Assembly: GCF_963921235.1 (NCBI RefSeq) | Contig: NC_086097.1 | Coordinates: 154,444,001-154,508,000, forward strand | DNA: 64,000 bases | DNA from: Mobula hypostoma | Taxonomy: Eukaryota | Reading direction: 5' to 3' | In this document: positions 1-12,880 of the stretch, in pieces | How the letters are laid out: each line of letters begins with the position of its first letter | How positions within the stretch are numbered: the first letter of the stretch is position 1 | The notes under the pieces: model-generated | What the model was told of the DNA's origin: nothing | Database searches by the model: none | Seen by the model: only the letters and a program-made list of their open reading frames with translations | Position numbers and translations under genes: made by a program

Positions 1-1564
1 CCCAGAGTGCTTAAGGAAGTGGCCCAAGAAATAGTGGATGCATTAGTGATAATTTTTCAAAACTCGTTAGATTCTGGACTAGTTCCTGAGGATTGGAGGG
101 TGGCTAATGTAACCCCACTTTTTAAAAAAGGAGGGAGAGAGAAACCGGGGAATTATAGGCCGGTTAGCCTAACGTCGGTGGTGGGGAAACTGCTGGAGTC
201 AGTTATCAAGGATGTGATAACAGCACATTTGGAAAGCGGTGAAATGATCGGACAAAGTCAGCATGGATTTGTGAAAGGAAAATCATGTCTGACGAATCTC
301 ATAAAATTTTTTGAGGATGTAACTAGTAGAGTGGATAGGGGAGAACCAGTGGATGTGGTATATTTGGATTTTCAAAAGGCTTTTGACAAGGTCCCACATA
401 GGAGATTAGTGTGCAAACTTAAAGCACACGGTATTGGGGGTAAGGTATTGGTTTGGGTGGAGAATTGGTTAGCAGACAGGAAGCAAAGAGTGGGAATAAA
501 CGGGACCTTTTCAGAATGGCAGGCGGTGACTAGTGGGGTACCGCAAGGCTCAGTGCTGGGACCCCAGTTGTTTACAATATATATTAATGACTTGGATGAG
601 GGAATTAAATGCAGCATCTCCAAGTTTGCGGATGACACGAAGCTGGGTGGCAGTGTTAGCAGTGAGGAGGATGCTAAGAGGATGCAGGGTGACTTGGATA
701 GGTTGGGTGAGTGGGCAAACTCATGGCAGATGCAATTTAATGTGGATAAATGTGAAGTTATCCACTTTGGTGGCAAAAATAGGAAAACAGATTATTATCT
801 GAATGGTGGCCGATTAGGAAAAGGGGAGGTGCAACGAGACCTGGGTGTCATTATACACCAGTCATTGAAAGTGGGCATGCAGGTACAGCAGGCGGTGAAA
901 AAGGCGAACGGTATGCTGGCATTTATAGCGAGAGGATTCGAGTACAGGAGCAGGGAGGTACTACTGCAGTTGTACAAGGCCTTGGTGAGACCACACCTGG
1001 AGTATTGTGTGCAGTTTTGGTCCCCTAATCTGAGGAAAGACATCTTTGCCATAGAGGGAGTACAAAGAAGGTTCACCAGATTGATTCCTGGGATGGCAGG
1101 TCTTTCATATGAAGAAAGACTGGATGAACTGGGCTTGTACTCGTTGGAATTTAGAAGATTGAGGGGGGATCTGATTGAAACGTATAAGATCCTAAAGGGA
1201 TTGGACAGGCTAGATGCAGGAAGATTGTTCCCGATGTTGGGGAGGTCTAGAACGAGGGGTCACAGTTTGAGGATAGAGGGGAAGCCTTTTAGGACCGAGG
1301 TTAGGAAAAACTTCTTCACACAGAGAGTGGTGAATCTGTGGAATTCTCTGCCACAGCAAACTGTTGAGGCCAGTTCATTAGCTATGTTTAAAAGGAAGTT
1401 AGATATGGCCCTTGTGGCTACAGGGGTCAGGGGGTATGGAGGGAAGGCTGGGTTCTGAGTTGGATGATCAGCCATGATCATAATAAATGGCGGTGCAGGC
1501 TCGAAGGGCCGAATGGCCTACTCCTGCACCTATTTTCTATGTTTCTATGTTTCTATGTTTCTAT
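1..1564 (+). mobile_element. Young CR1-clade LINE, 3' part (continues beyond window start)
   Basis: Uninterrupted RT ORF 7..1458; 3' UTR with GGGCCGAATGGCCTACTCC motif; terminal (TTTCTATG)n octamer tail at ~1534-1564. Confidence 0.95.
7..1458 (+). CDS. CR1 ORF2 reverse transcriptase domain and C-terminus (N-terminally incomplete)
   Basis: [77 protein letters not shown] motifs; no stops. Confidence 0.93.
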   Translation: MLKEVAQEIVDALVIIFQNSLDSGLVPEDWRVANVTPLFKKGGREKPGNYRPVSLTSVVGKLLESVIKDVITAHLESGEMIGQSQHGFVKGKSCLTNLIKFFEDVTSRVDRGEPVDVVYLDFQKAFDKVPHRRLVCKLKAHGIGGKVLVWVENWLADRKQRVGINGTFSEWQAVTSGVPQGSVLGPQLFTIYINDLDEGIKCSISKFADDTKLGGSVSSEEDAKRMQGDLDRLGEWANSWQMQFNVDKCEVIHFGGKNRKTDYYLNGGRLGKGEVQRDLGVIIHQSLKVGMQVQQAVKKANGMLAFIARGFEYRSREVLLQLYKALVRPHLEYCVQFWSPNLRKDIFAIEGVQRRFTRLIPGMAGLSYEERLDELGLYSLEFRRLRGDLIETYKILKGLDRLDAGRLFPMLGRSRTRGHSLRIEGKPFRTEVRKNFFTQRVVNLWNSLPQQTVEASSLAMFKRKLDMALVATGVRGYGGKAGF

Positions 1565-2475
1565 TCGGCCCTTCGAGCCTGCACCGACATTCAGTATGGT
1601 CATAGCTGATCATCCAACTCAAAACCCTGTACCTGCCTTCTCTCCATACCCGCTGATCCCTTAGGGTACAAGGGCCATATCTAACTCCCTTTTAAATATA
1701 GCCAATGAACTGGCCTCAAATGTTTCCTGTGGCAGAGAATTCCACAGATTCACCACTCTCTGTGTGAAGAAGTTTTTCCTCATCTCGGTCCTAAAAGGCT
1801 TCCCTTTTATCTTTAAACTGTGACCCCTCGTTCTGGACTTCCCCAACATCGGGAACAATCTTCCTGCATCTAGCCTGTCCAATCTCTTTAGAATTTTATA
1901 CGTTTCAATAAGATCCCCCCTCAATCTTCTAAATTCCAGCGAGTATAAGCCTAGTCGATCCAACCTTTCATCATATGAAAGTCCTGCCATCCCAGGAATC
2001 AATCTGGTGAACCTTCTTTGTACTCCCTCTATGGCAGGAATATCTTTCCTCAGATTAAACGACCAAAACTTCACACAATATTCCAGGTGTGGTCTCACCA
2101 AGGCCTTGTACAACTGCAGTAGTACCTCCCTGCTCCTGTACTCGAATCCTCTCGCTATAAATGCCAGCATGCCATTCGCCTTTTTCACCGCCTGCTGTAC
2201 CTGCATGCCCACTTTCAATGACTGGTGTACAATGACACCCAGGTCTTATTGCACCTCCCTTTTCCTAATCGGCCACCATTCAGGTAATAATCTGTTTTCC
2301 TGTTTTTGCCACCAAAGTGGATAACCTCACATTTATCCACATTAAATTGCATCTGCCATGAATTTTCCCACTCACCTAACCTATCCAAGTCACCCTGCAT
2401 CCTCTTAGCATCCTCCTCACAGCTAACACTGCCGCCCAGCTTCGGGTCATCCACAAACTTGGAGATGCTGCATTT
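1563..2475 (-). mobile_element. 5'-truncated CR1 of a closely related subfamily, 3' terminus cut off by the plus-strand CR1
   Basis: Reverse complement aligns to 607-1514; ORFs 1661..2218 and 2215..2490 encode RT C-terminal region with one frameshift. Confidence 0.93.
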
Positions 2476-3636
2476 GATAAGATGCTTCACACGAGGCTGC
2501 TTAACAAGATAAAATCCTATAGTATTACTGGAAATATACTGGTGTGGATGGAGGAATGGCTAACAGGTAGAAGGCAGCGAGTAGGAATAAAGGAGGCCTT
2601 TTCCAGTTGGCTGCCAGTGACTAGTGGTGTTCTTCAGGGGTCAGTATTGGGACAGCTACCTTTCACATTGTTTGTCAATGATTTAGATAGTGGGATTTGA
2701 TAGCTTTGAGGCAAGGTTTGCGGATGATATAAAAGTAGGCGAAGGGGTAGGTACTGCTGAGGAAGCAATGCGATTGCAGCAGGACTGAGACAAATTGGAA
2801 GAATGGGCAAAAAAAGTGGCAGATGGAATACAGTGTTGGGAAATGTATGGTAATGTATTTTGGTAAAAGGAACAATAATGCAGACTATTATCTAAATGGG
2901 GTGAAAATTCATACATCAGATGTGAAGGGAATTAGGAGTCCTCGTATAAGACTCCCAGAAGGTTAATTTACAGGTGGAGTCTGTGGTAAAGAAGGCAAAT
3001 GCATTTATTTCATGGGGAATATAATATAGAAACAAGATAACACTGAATCTTTATAAAATACTCGTCAAGCTGCACTTGGTGTATTGTCAACAGTTTTGGG
3101 CTCTTTTTCTCAGAAAGGATGTGTTGTCATTACAGCGAGACCAGAGGAGGTTCATGAGGATGATTCAAGAAATGAAGGGGTTAACATATGAGAACCGTGT
3201 GGCAGCTTTGGGCCTGTACTCACTGGAATTTAGAAGGATGCATGGGGATCTCATTGAAACCTGCCATATGTTGAAAGTACCAGATAGGGTGGATGTGGAG
3301 AGGATGTTTCATATGGTGGGGATATCCAGAACTAGAAGGTGTAGCCTCAAAATTGATGGGCGACCTTTTAGAACAGAAATAAGGAGGAATATTTTATCGG
3401 AAGCGTGGTGGATCTGTGGAATGCTCTGCCACAGACTGCAGTGGAGGCCAAGCCCATGGGTATATTCAAAGTGGAATTTAATAGATTCCTGATTGGTTGG
3501 GGCATTAGGGTTATGGTGAGAAGGCAGGTGTACAGTGTTGAATGGGATCCAGGATCAGCCATGATAAAATGGCAGAGCAGACTCGATGGGCTGAATGGCC
3601 TAATTCTGCTCCTGTGTCTTATGGTATTATGGTCTT
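2470..3636 (+). mobile_element. Older degenerate CR1, 3' half
   Basis: Begins AFDKMLHTRLLNKIK; VTSGVLQGSVLG; ORF 3076..3492 ALGLYSLEFRR; (TCTTATGG)-type tail at ~3617-3636; many stops and frameshifts. Confidence 0.9.
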
Positions 3637-4235
3637 CGCAGAGCTGCTTACCTACAGCCATGGGATTTTACGCTCACAATCCTCAGCCAATTGATTTCCT
3701 GCCCCACTAATTCATCAATCCCACATCTCATCTACACACCCACCTCTCGACACTCACATGACTATCTTGTGACTCAGTCCCAAGCACCAATCAATTCACC
3801 ACCCACATCAGCAAACACAGCTTTCCAACTCACCATCACCTGTATTGCTAAACAATAATTCTCTTTACCTTTGTAAAATGAAAATTACATTAAACAATAT
3901 TGAAACTTGAACCTTTATTGATCCTTACCCCAGTCTTTCTTTGAACTTATAACCCTCCCCATCTCTTGTTTTATTCTCTTACGGCAGCGCCACTCTGCCA
4001 GCCACAGTTTTGATCTTATCCGAATTCTTTGTATACTCCACGTGCTGAATAGTATTCTTCAGTATGAGCAGTCCCCTAAGGGGATATCCTTCCTGTAAGA
4101 ATAGCTTAAAATGCTACCAGACAAGTTGATCTAGATTGGAACTTACAGACTTGAATGTACTAGTGACAGGAACATGTTTTGAAATTCAGTCATTTTTAAG
4201 TTACTCGTAAATGAAAAATAGAATGAGCACTTAAC

Positions 4236-5625
4236 TTTTCTTTTTAAATCTTTTTTATTAATTATTATTGAAAATCAACAACAGAGAAAAATACATCAAA
4301 ATAATCAAGACAACATATCCATATGTAGAATAAGAGTTAAACTATCAACCAAACTGAACAGTATATCAATAATAATAAAAAAAAACAAAATGTTAAAGCT
4401 TTTTTTATGGAAAAAAGAAAGAAAAAAAGAATCCTTGCTAACTAAAACAGAAAAAAACCCTAATAACAAAAAAAAAGGGAAAAAATCCCATTTGAAGCAC
4501 AAACCCGGAGCTATACGCCATACAAGCTTCTATAAAAAAAAGACATCAATCTGCCAACCAAATCCATTTACCCAAGCATCAGAAAAGGACCATCTTTATT
4601 AACTCAAATCAAATGATAATAACGGGCAAAAGAACCCCACCTTTTCTCGAAGTCAAAGCTAGGATCAAAAGTTCGACTTCTAATTTTTTCCAAACTAAGA
4701 CATAACATCACCTGAGAGAAACATTGTATCAAAGTGGGAGCAGAGGCATCTTTCCATTTTAATAAAACAGCCCTTCTAGCCAATAATATGACAAATGTGA
4801 CGTATTGGTCTGATATAGAAATACCGTGAATATATTGAGGAATTATACCAAACAAAACTGTCAATTTATTAGGTTGTAAATTGATTTTTAAAGCTTTAGA
4901 AATTGTAGAAAAAATAGATTTCCAAAATTGTTTCAATACAGAACATGACCAAAACATATGTGTCAATGTAGCTATATCAGTTTTGCATCTATCACACTGA
5001 CTATTTACATTAGGAAATATTTTAAACAATCTCTCCTTTATCAAATAATAACGATGTATAATTTTAAATTGAATTAGAGAATGACTGGCACAAATCGAAG
5101 AAGAGTTAACCAGCTTCAAAATTTGCAACCAATCCTCAATTATCAAGGTTATGTTAAGCTCTCCTTCCCAATCTTGCTTAATCTTAAGTAAAGGGTAGTT
5201 ATCCTGTTGTAATTGTAAATTATAAATTTTCCCAATAAAACCTTTCACTAAAGGGTTAATTTTTAAAATAATGTCTAACAGGTCAGAGTCTTGTATATAT
5301 GGATAATTACTTAAATATTCTTGTAAGAAATGTCTGACCTGAAGATATAGCAAAAAATTTGAATATGAGAGAGAGTATTTAGTTACTAATTTCTCAAAGG
5401 ACATCAATCGGCCTTCTTGAAACAAGTCCATAAAGGAAAAAAATTCCTTTATTCCTCCAAAGAGAAAAGAAAGGATCACTAAGTGAAGGTTTAAATAAAC
5501 AGTTTTGATAAATTAAACTAAAAAGGTTAAGTTTTTTAAGATTAAAAAACTTACGAAACTGGTACCAGATTCGTAATGATTGTTTAATCATAGGATTTAT
5601 ATATAGAATAGAAATTTTGGCTAAC
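4236..5625 (-). mobile_element. 5'-truncated L1/Tx1-clade LINE (ORF2 C-terminal zinc-binding region, 3' UTR, A-rich tail)
   Basis: ORF 4604..5479 has LIQFKIIHRYY...CDRCK...TLTHMFWSC..LKQFW, typical of fish L1 ORF2 C-terminus; A-rich end with AATAAA on minus strand near 4240-4260. Confidence 0.85.
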
Positions 5626-6198
5626 AATGAGCACTTATTACCCATATTCAGACTAGTGGGAAGCCTTGAAGCCCTATATAGCCCCCACACGCAATACTGA
5701 CATTAGCGTACTGCACAGCAGCTGATTACCAGGTCTCTGCAGGCACTGAATAAACTCCAATGACAGCAATATTTTTTATGAATCTTAGGATGTGGAATAA
5801 AAAAGACAACAAAACAAACTGCAGCTGTTGAAGTCTTCAAGTTTTAAGTATCTAGTTTCACAAATCAATGATAATTTAAAGCCTATTGAATCTTCTCAAA
5901 TACACTCCTATTGTTAAGAGCTTTGCAAGTAAATTTATTCCAGTGAGAACTCTAGAATCTAATTTGCTCCAATATTGTTTATTTCCATCCTGATTTGCAC
6001 ATGAATACTACGATCTCTCTAGGTATGCATGTACTACTGATAGTTCATGGATGACTTTGCAATCTCTTTATCATGTGAGTCACCTTTTGAAGTTTAATGG
6101 TGCCTTAAGGTGGTACCAGTTCACAAAGATCTTGGTTGCCAATGGAAACTGAGGAACAGTTCACACCTGTTAATGTGGTTTTGCCATCCTTAGATGAG

Positions 6199-6480
6199 GG
6201 GAGACACGGTAGCTTCGCGGTTAGTGCAACGGTGTTACAGCTCAGGGCGTCAGATTTCGGAGTCCAATCCTGGCATCTTCTGTAAGGAGCTTGTATATTC
6301 TCCCTGTGAACGTGTGGGTTTCCTCTAGGTGCTCCAGTTTCCTCCCACAGCACAGAAGACAGTTAGTAGGTTATCTGGTCACTGTAAATTGTCGCTGTGG
6401 TTAGGCTTGGGTTAAATAGGTGAGTTACTGGGCAGTGCAGCTCATTAAGCTCGAAGGGCCAGTTCTGCATTTTATTTCAA
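6199..6480 (+). mobile_element. V-SINE (HE1-like) tRNA-derived SINE
   Basis: tRNA-like head followed by V-domain-like TTCTCCCTGTGAACGTGTGGGTTTCCTCTAGGTGCTCCAGTTTCCTCCCACA and a CR1-like tail (GAAGGGCCAGTTCT). Confidence 0.8.
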
Positions 6481-7859
6481 AAGTAAAATAATATTCAAGT
6501 GTCTGGATGCACAGTATTTTGTTCAATGTACTTTTCTTATTGTGAGAGAATTCTAAAACCTCTTTTTTTCCATGTCCCTGTGAACTTACAGTATTATAGC
6601 CAGCAGTCAGCAAGAATGGGAGTGAAAACTGGATGACACACAGAGCAACAACACTGTTAATACTATCATTAGCCACACAGTATCAGAAAGGAAGAACTGT
6701 GCAAATGTGCATGTACAAATATTGGAAACACTAGCATTGTCTCTTGAAGAGAATCTAGCCAATCCTAAGTGTTCCAAGAGTTGAAATAATATTAATAGCA
6801 TCAGTATCAAGGCCAAAACATGACATAAGTGATCAAATGTGAGGTATCTAACTTACTTATATTTGAGAAATTTGAAAGAGAAGATCAGCCAACCAAAGAC
6901 ACAGTCAGAGTTATATAGAGTTATCATCTATTGATTACATTAGCCGACTGTACCTGTACTTTAAATTGTAAAATCATGGACACAGGTAAGCAAAGTCTAG
7001 AGAAGGTCACAGCTTTAACTGAAAACTCATGTCAGAAGACACAGCAAACCTGAGAGAACTGATATCAATGAATTAAGTTTTAGCAAATCTAATGAAGTAG
7101 TATGTACAGAAAAAAATCTGTCCAACAGCGATTCAAAATATTATTTTAGACTTAGAAACCTATATTAAATGTATTGCAATACCCTGAGGACAATATGACC
7201 AGCTGATAGCATTTATCAGAATCAGAATCAGGTTTAACATGAAATTTGTTTTTTTGTGGCAGCAGTACATTGCAATACATAACAATAAAAATCAACTAAA
7301 GCACACACATTTGTTTGAATCAAGATAAGGCAACATAGAAAGAGGGTTTTTAGCAGTCACATAAGGATGTGAGTAGTTCCATATCTATCTCATGGAAGGA
7401 AACTCATAGTAAAAATAGAGCAAATCTATCTTAAAAATTATGTAGAGTTCCAGTAAATTTATACCTAAGAACTCTGATTTCTGATTTTATTTTAAAATAC
7501 AAACCAGCATAAGAAGTGACAGTTGCAGAGGCATTTCCTCATGTGTCAGGGAACTATGAGATAAGAGATGTAGGTATGAAGATAACTTAATGTAACATTA
7601 ACAGAAGTGAGAAAGTTCAGATAAGAAACCTATAGGAACAATGAGTTACAAAAAGTCATTGTCAGCAGATGATTGACGGACAGTCCAAAAAAGTGAGGCA
7701 AGGACAGCCAGCAACCATTGGTTAATCCAAGCAAACTCCCTATCGGAAAAAGTCATTTTACTTACTGTGTTGAGAAGTATCATTCACAGAAAAATGCAGG
7801 TAGAGCTACTTAAGGACAGCAAAAACAAGGCAAGGAACTACAGGTGAGTGAGCCTAACA

Positions 7860-10275
7860 TCTGTGGTGGGTTAAGTTATTGGAGGGGATTCCAGGGACAT
7901 TTCAATAGACAAGGTCTCGTTGAGGATAGTCAGCATGGTATTGTGCATGGGAGATCATGTCTGACAAATCTGTTAGAATATTTCAAAGGTTAACTGAAGG
8001 GACAGATGAGGGCATGGTGGCGGATGTCAGAACTTCAGCAAGGACTTTGACAAAGGTTAGATCATGTGGGATCCAGTTTACTAGATTCATAATTGGCTGG
8101 ACAGTAGGTAGCCGAGTGTGATGGTGGAAGGTTGTTTCTCAGACTGGAGTCCTATGTCTAGTGGCATGCCACAGGGATCAGTGCTAGATTCTCTGTTGTT
8201 CATTATGTATACAGTACAGTTGAATATACAAGGCATGATGTGAAATTTGTTGTTCTGCAACAACAACAGTACAGCACAGATACATAAAATTATTTTAATA
8301 TTACAACAAACAAACAAATAAATAAATAAATAAATAATGCAAAGATAAAGGAATGACCGGGTAGTTATGAGCTCACAGATTATTCAAAACCCTCAAATTT
8401 CAATGTAAATTTATTATCACAATAAATATGTCACTATATATAACCCTGAGATTCATTTTCTTGCAGACATTCACAGTAAATACTGAGAAACATAATAGAA
8501 TCAGTGAAAGACCTCACATAACAAGATGGAGAAACAACCAATGTGCAAAAAGACAGCAAACTGTGCATAGACAAAAATAAAAAAAATAAGCAATAAATAT
8601 TGAGAACATGAGAGTGAAAATTAGTCCATAGGCTGTGGGAACAGTTCAATGCTGGAGTGAGTGAAGTTGAGTGAAGTTATCCCCTCTGATTCAAGATGGT
8701 TGAGGGGTAATAACTGTTCCAGAACCTGGTGGTGTGGGTCCCGAGGCTCCTGTACCTCCTTCCTGAAGGCAGCAGTGAGAAGAGAGCATTGCCTGGTTGG
8801 TGGGGTGTCCCTGATGATGGATGCTGCTTTCCTGCAACAGCAGTCCATATAGGTATGCTCAATGGTGGGGAGGGCTTTATCCATGATGGACTGGGCTGTA
8901 TCTACTACTTTTTATAGGCTTTTCCATTCAAGGCCATTGGTGTTTCCATACCAGGCCGTGACTTAACCAGTCAATGTACTCACCACTGAACATCTATAGA
9001 TGCATGCCAAAGTTTTAGGTGACCTGCCAACTCTTCGCAAACTGCTAAGGAAGTAGAGACATTTGAAATGCTAACTTCGTATATAGCACTTTTGTGCTGG
9101 TCTCGGGATAAGTCCTCCATAAATATAGCACTGAGGAATTTAAAGCTGCTGATCCTCATTCCAATGAGGAACAGCTCATGGATGTCTGGTTTCCTCCTCC
9201 TGTAGTCAATAACGAGCTCCTCGGTCATGTTGACAGTAAGTGAGAGGTTGTTGTTGAGGCACTACTCAGCTAGATTTTCAAGGTGCTGATACTGCATATT
9301 GAATATCTTCCTAAGTGCTGCTTTCTCGTCACCTTTGATCGGCCAACAACAGTGGGGTTGTCAGCAAACTCAAATATGGCATTGGAACTGTGCTTAGCCT
9401 CATAGTCATAAGTGTAAAGCGAGCAGAGAGGGGCTTAAACTCACAGTCTTGTGGTGCATCTGTGCTGATGATGATTGTGGAGGAGATATTGTTGCCAATC
9501 CAAACTGTCTGTAACTGAGGAAATTTAGAATCCATTTGGACAAGGAAGTATTGAGGCTTAGGTCTTGAAGCTTATAAGTCTGAGGTGCTGCATTTTGAGA
9601 TGTCAAACCATCGTAGGGCTTACACAATGATTTGTTGGGCCCTGACAATATTGTGGAACAGAGGGCCCTGGGAGTACAAATACATAATTCACTAAAGTAG
9701 CATCACATGTAGACTGGTTGGTGAAAAAGCCATTTGGCATGCTCAGTCAGGGCACTGAGTATAAGACTTGTGACAGTATATTGCAGCAGTACAGGATGGT
9801 GGAGAGGGCACATCTGGAATTCTGAGTGGAGAATTGGTCATTCAGTTATAGGAAAGATCATCAAACTGGAAAGAATACGAAGATTTACGAGAATGTCGCA
9901 GGGGCTCAAGGACCCGAGTTGTACGGAAAGGTTGGGCTGACTCAGAGTTTATCCCTTGGAATGTATAAGTCAGAGCTATAACCATATAGAGATATATGAA
10001 GTCAGGAGGGACATGGATAGGGTGAATACACACAGATATTTTCCTAGAGAAAGGGATCTACACTTTAGAGGGCATAGGTTAAAGGTGAGGGATGAAATAG
10101 TTAAAAGGCACCAGAATAAACTGAAAGAGAAAGTAGTTGTGACAGGTATGATGGCATGTAAAACACATTGGGATAAATACATAGATAGGAAAGGTTTAGA
10201 AGGATAGGGGCCATCACGGGTAAGAGGAACTAGCTCAAGGAGACATCTTGATTGTCAAGGATGTTGGGCCAAATT
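7860..10275 (+). mobile_element. Old CR1 fragment (7860-8215 and ~9585-10275) split by Rex-type insertions
   Basis: Left part DSQHG/CLTNLLE/SGMPQGSVL remnants; right part VEQRALGVQIH, KLERIRRFTRM, RGHRLKVR remnants. Confidence 0.7.
8395..9575 (-). mobile_element. Rex1/Babar-type LINE, 5'-truncated, degenerate
   Basis: Minus-strand KWILNFL, IGNNISSTIIISTDAPQDC, ELVIDYRR, SSFKFL, ALFSLLPSGRRYRSLGTHTTRFWNSYYP. Confidence 0.85.
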
Positions 10276-10339
10276 AATTCTGCAAAAGATTCTAAGAGGC
10301 ATATGGATATGGAGAGATGCAGGCTGAGAACTGATCCAG

Positions 10340-10640
10340 TTAACCTAGAATATAGAATGTAGAACTAATCAGTTCATTTCTCCTGCAATGTTGTGCCAAT
10401 CTTGATGTGAATTTGTATGAAATTTCCTCCTCTCGTGTATCATCTGTATCCCTCTATTCCCTTCACATTCATGTGTCTACTTAAAAGCCTCCTACCCTCA
10501 CCAAACTGCCTGCTTCTTCTACTACCCCTGGTACCCCATTCCAGATGCTAACCACTCTGTGTAAAAACTTGCCTCTCACGCTGTGTTTATAATTTCCCCT
10601 CTAATCTTAAAAGCATGTTCTCTGGTGTTTGATATTTTTA
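10340..10640 (-). mobile_element. CR1 3'-end fragment
   Basis: Minus strand REHAFKIRGE remnant, TTTTTACACAGAGTGG motif, TTCTACATTCTATATTCT-like tail. Confidence 0.6.
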
Positions 10641-11539
10641 TAATTTGTATACCATTACACCTGCAAAGATGCTGAGAGAATGGTGTACGTATTGCTAGAT
10701 ATGTGAGGTTCAAAAAATACACAACAAAAAGAGGATATAATACCAGTGAGTTACCTTCATGTAGAACACCACATGCTTTTGCAGTAGGTTTGTTCATACA
10801 TAGACAAGAAAGGTATTTCACAGTGACAGACAAATACAACATTTCCTTTCATCAGATGGATTTAAAACTTGAAAGACACAACAATTACCTCAGCAGTTTG
10901 AATCCTGTTTGTAGAAGAAGAGATGTCTGTGTGAATAACCAAAACTATGGTTACTGGAAATATCACAGAACAGCAGAGAACTCTTGAAATATTCAGCAGG
11001 TCAGGCAGTATCCATAGAAATAGATAATGTTTCAGGTTGATTACCTTTCAGCATCCTTCTTTAATGAAAATTCATTAACCTCAAAAGATTTTGACTCCTC
11101 TGCTAAGGGAAATCAGTCTTTCTGATTTACTCTATACATCCCAAATAAGTCTACACTCAGTTTCGTTTGATTAAAGAAAACAAGCCCAACCAAACTAATC
11201 TTTCCTCATAACTATAATGTTCCAGTCCTGATAATATCCTTCTACATCTCTCTTCTAGTACACGCACATCTTTCCTGTAATGTTGTGATTAGACTGCACA
11301 TTTTACTCAAGCTTTGATTTATCTGAAATTCTTGCATATCTCCCCAGCTCTGGACTCTAATAAAGAAATCGAAGCTAAACAACTTTTTTAAATACCTTAT
11401 TCAATTGTCTTGATACCTTTGAAGATTTGTGAATGTATCCTTCAAGGTCCATTATAAGTTCATATTACTGAGTGTATTCCCATTCTTTCCTTAGTCAAAT
11501 GCATTTGCTCGTACTTTTTGCAATTAAATTCCATTTTTC

Positions 11540-11780
11540 ATTTATTTAGAGATACAGCCTTCAGTAATAGGCCTTCAATCAGCAGCCCACTAATTTAACC
11601 CTAGCCTAATTTCAGGACAATTTACAATGACCAGTTAACCTCTAAAGAGCACATCTTTGAAATGTGGGAAGAAATTGGAGCACTCGGATGAAACCCACAT
11701 GTTAACAGGGAAAACGTACAAACTCCTTACAGATCCAGAGCTGCAACTGTGTCGCACCAACTGTGATGCTACCACGGCGA
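11540..11780 (-). mobile_element. V-SINE copy
   Basis: Reverse complement of V-domain (GTGGGAAGAAATTGGAGCACTCGGATGAAACCCAC on plus) with (TAAA)n end. Confidence 0.7.
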
Positions 11781-12239
11781 AGTGTCTGCCCAACTAATCA
11801 GGTTATCTATATCTACCTGCAATTTAAATGTTTCCTCCCCACTGTCAATCATGTGCTCAATTTTCAGAGAGAATTTAAATAGATTGTAGAGTAATACAGA
11901 TTCATCAATATGTCACTCCTCCAACATTATCCAAGGGACATAGTTTTATGGAGTGACATAATCAGACAGTCAAGAACACTGTAATCAAGAGCTAAGGATT
12001 CAAACATTATCTTCCACTAGAGGGAAAAAGGTCAAAAAACAGCAACCATGCCAAACCGCTGCCTAAGGTGTTGAGCGGACAAATGTTATACTTACAATAT
12101 AAGAAAACCTGGAATAAATCGATATCCAAGTTTCCAGGCCACAGAGACCAAAATGAGATGCAGATTAGATGTAGAAGAATCCATTTCTTGGGTTCATTAA
12201 ACCAGTTTTCAGGTTTGTTGGGAGGTAGGGGTCAGAGTA

Positions 12240-12880
12240 GGGTTTAGGAACAAGGATGAGGACTCGTTAAAGGTCAGGAATAGTAAATAAAGGAGTTCAA
12301 GTCAAGGTCAAAGCGCTCTGCGGTTGAATATCAGTGATTCCAGAAGTCATGATGGCAGGCATGGAAGAGACCAGCTATCCCCAAATCAGAGGTCAATGCA
12401 GGCAGCATGCCTTAGGCACAGGCAAGAGTCACAAGGTCCAGTGAATCTCCAGGTCACCAGGGTCAGAGGTCCACATGAGAGCAGATTTTGAGGTCCATGC
12501 AAGTCCAGAAGTCAACACCTGACGGTTAATCCCAACATAGTCTGCAGGAAAAGCCAAACATCAAAGTCTTGAGCAGAGTGACTCAAAGGACAGGAAGCGT
12601 GGACGGGGCTGTCCTGGGGCTGGAGGCCTACCTGTGTGTGTAAGTGGGTAGGTGGGAGGGAGGGAAAAAGGGTTTGTTTTGCAGTTGTTGTCTTGCTTTG
12701 TTTTGTTGTTGCTGCTGCTGCTTGAGTTGTTCTGTGGAACAGTGTACACAGTATCTGTTGGCACCAGAATGTGCGACAACACTTGTGGGCTGCCCCGGCA
12801 CATTCATGGGAATGCTGGTTGTTAATGCAAATAGTGTATTTCACTGTATGCTTTGACGTACATGTGATAAATGTGATTTC
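12240..12880 (+). mobile_element. Unclassified non-coding interspersed repeat (second copy inverted at ~18588-18880)
   Basis: 3' part GTTGTTCTG...TTTCACTGTATG...GATAAAT matches reverse complement of 18588-18790; 5' boundary uncertain. Confidence 0.5.

Noticed and set aside
372..1481. Minus-strand ORFs (MPPKWITSHL..., MNLLCTPSM...) recurring at 2007, 2306, 59727 and 60039
   Set aside because: Antisense shadows of CR1 ORF2; they recur only because the LINE recurs
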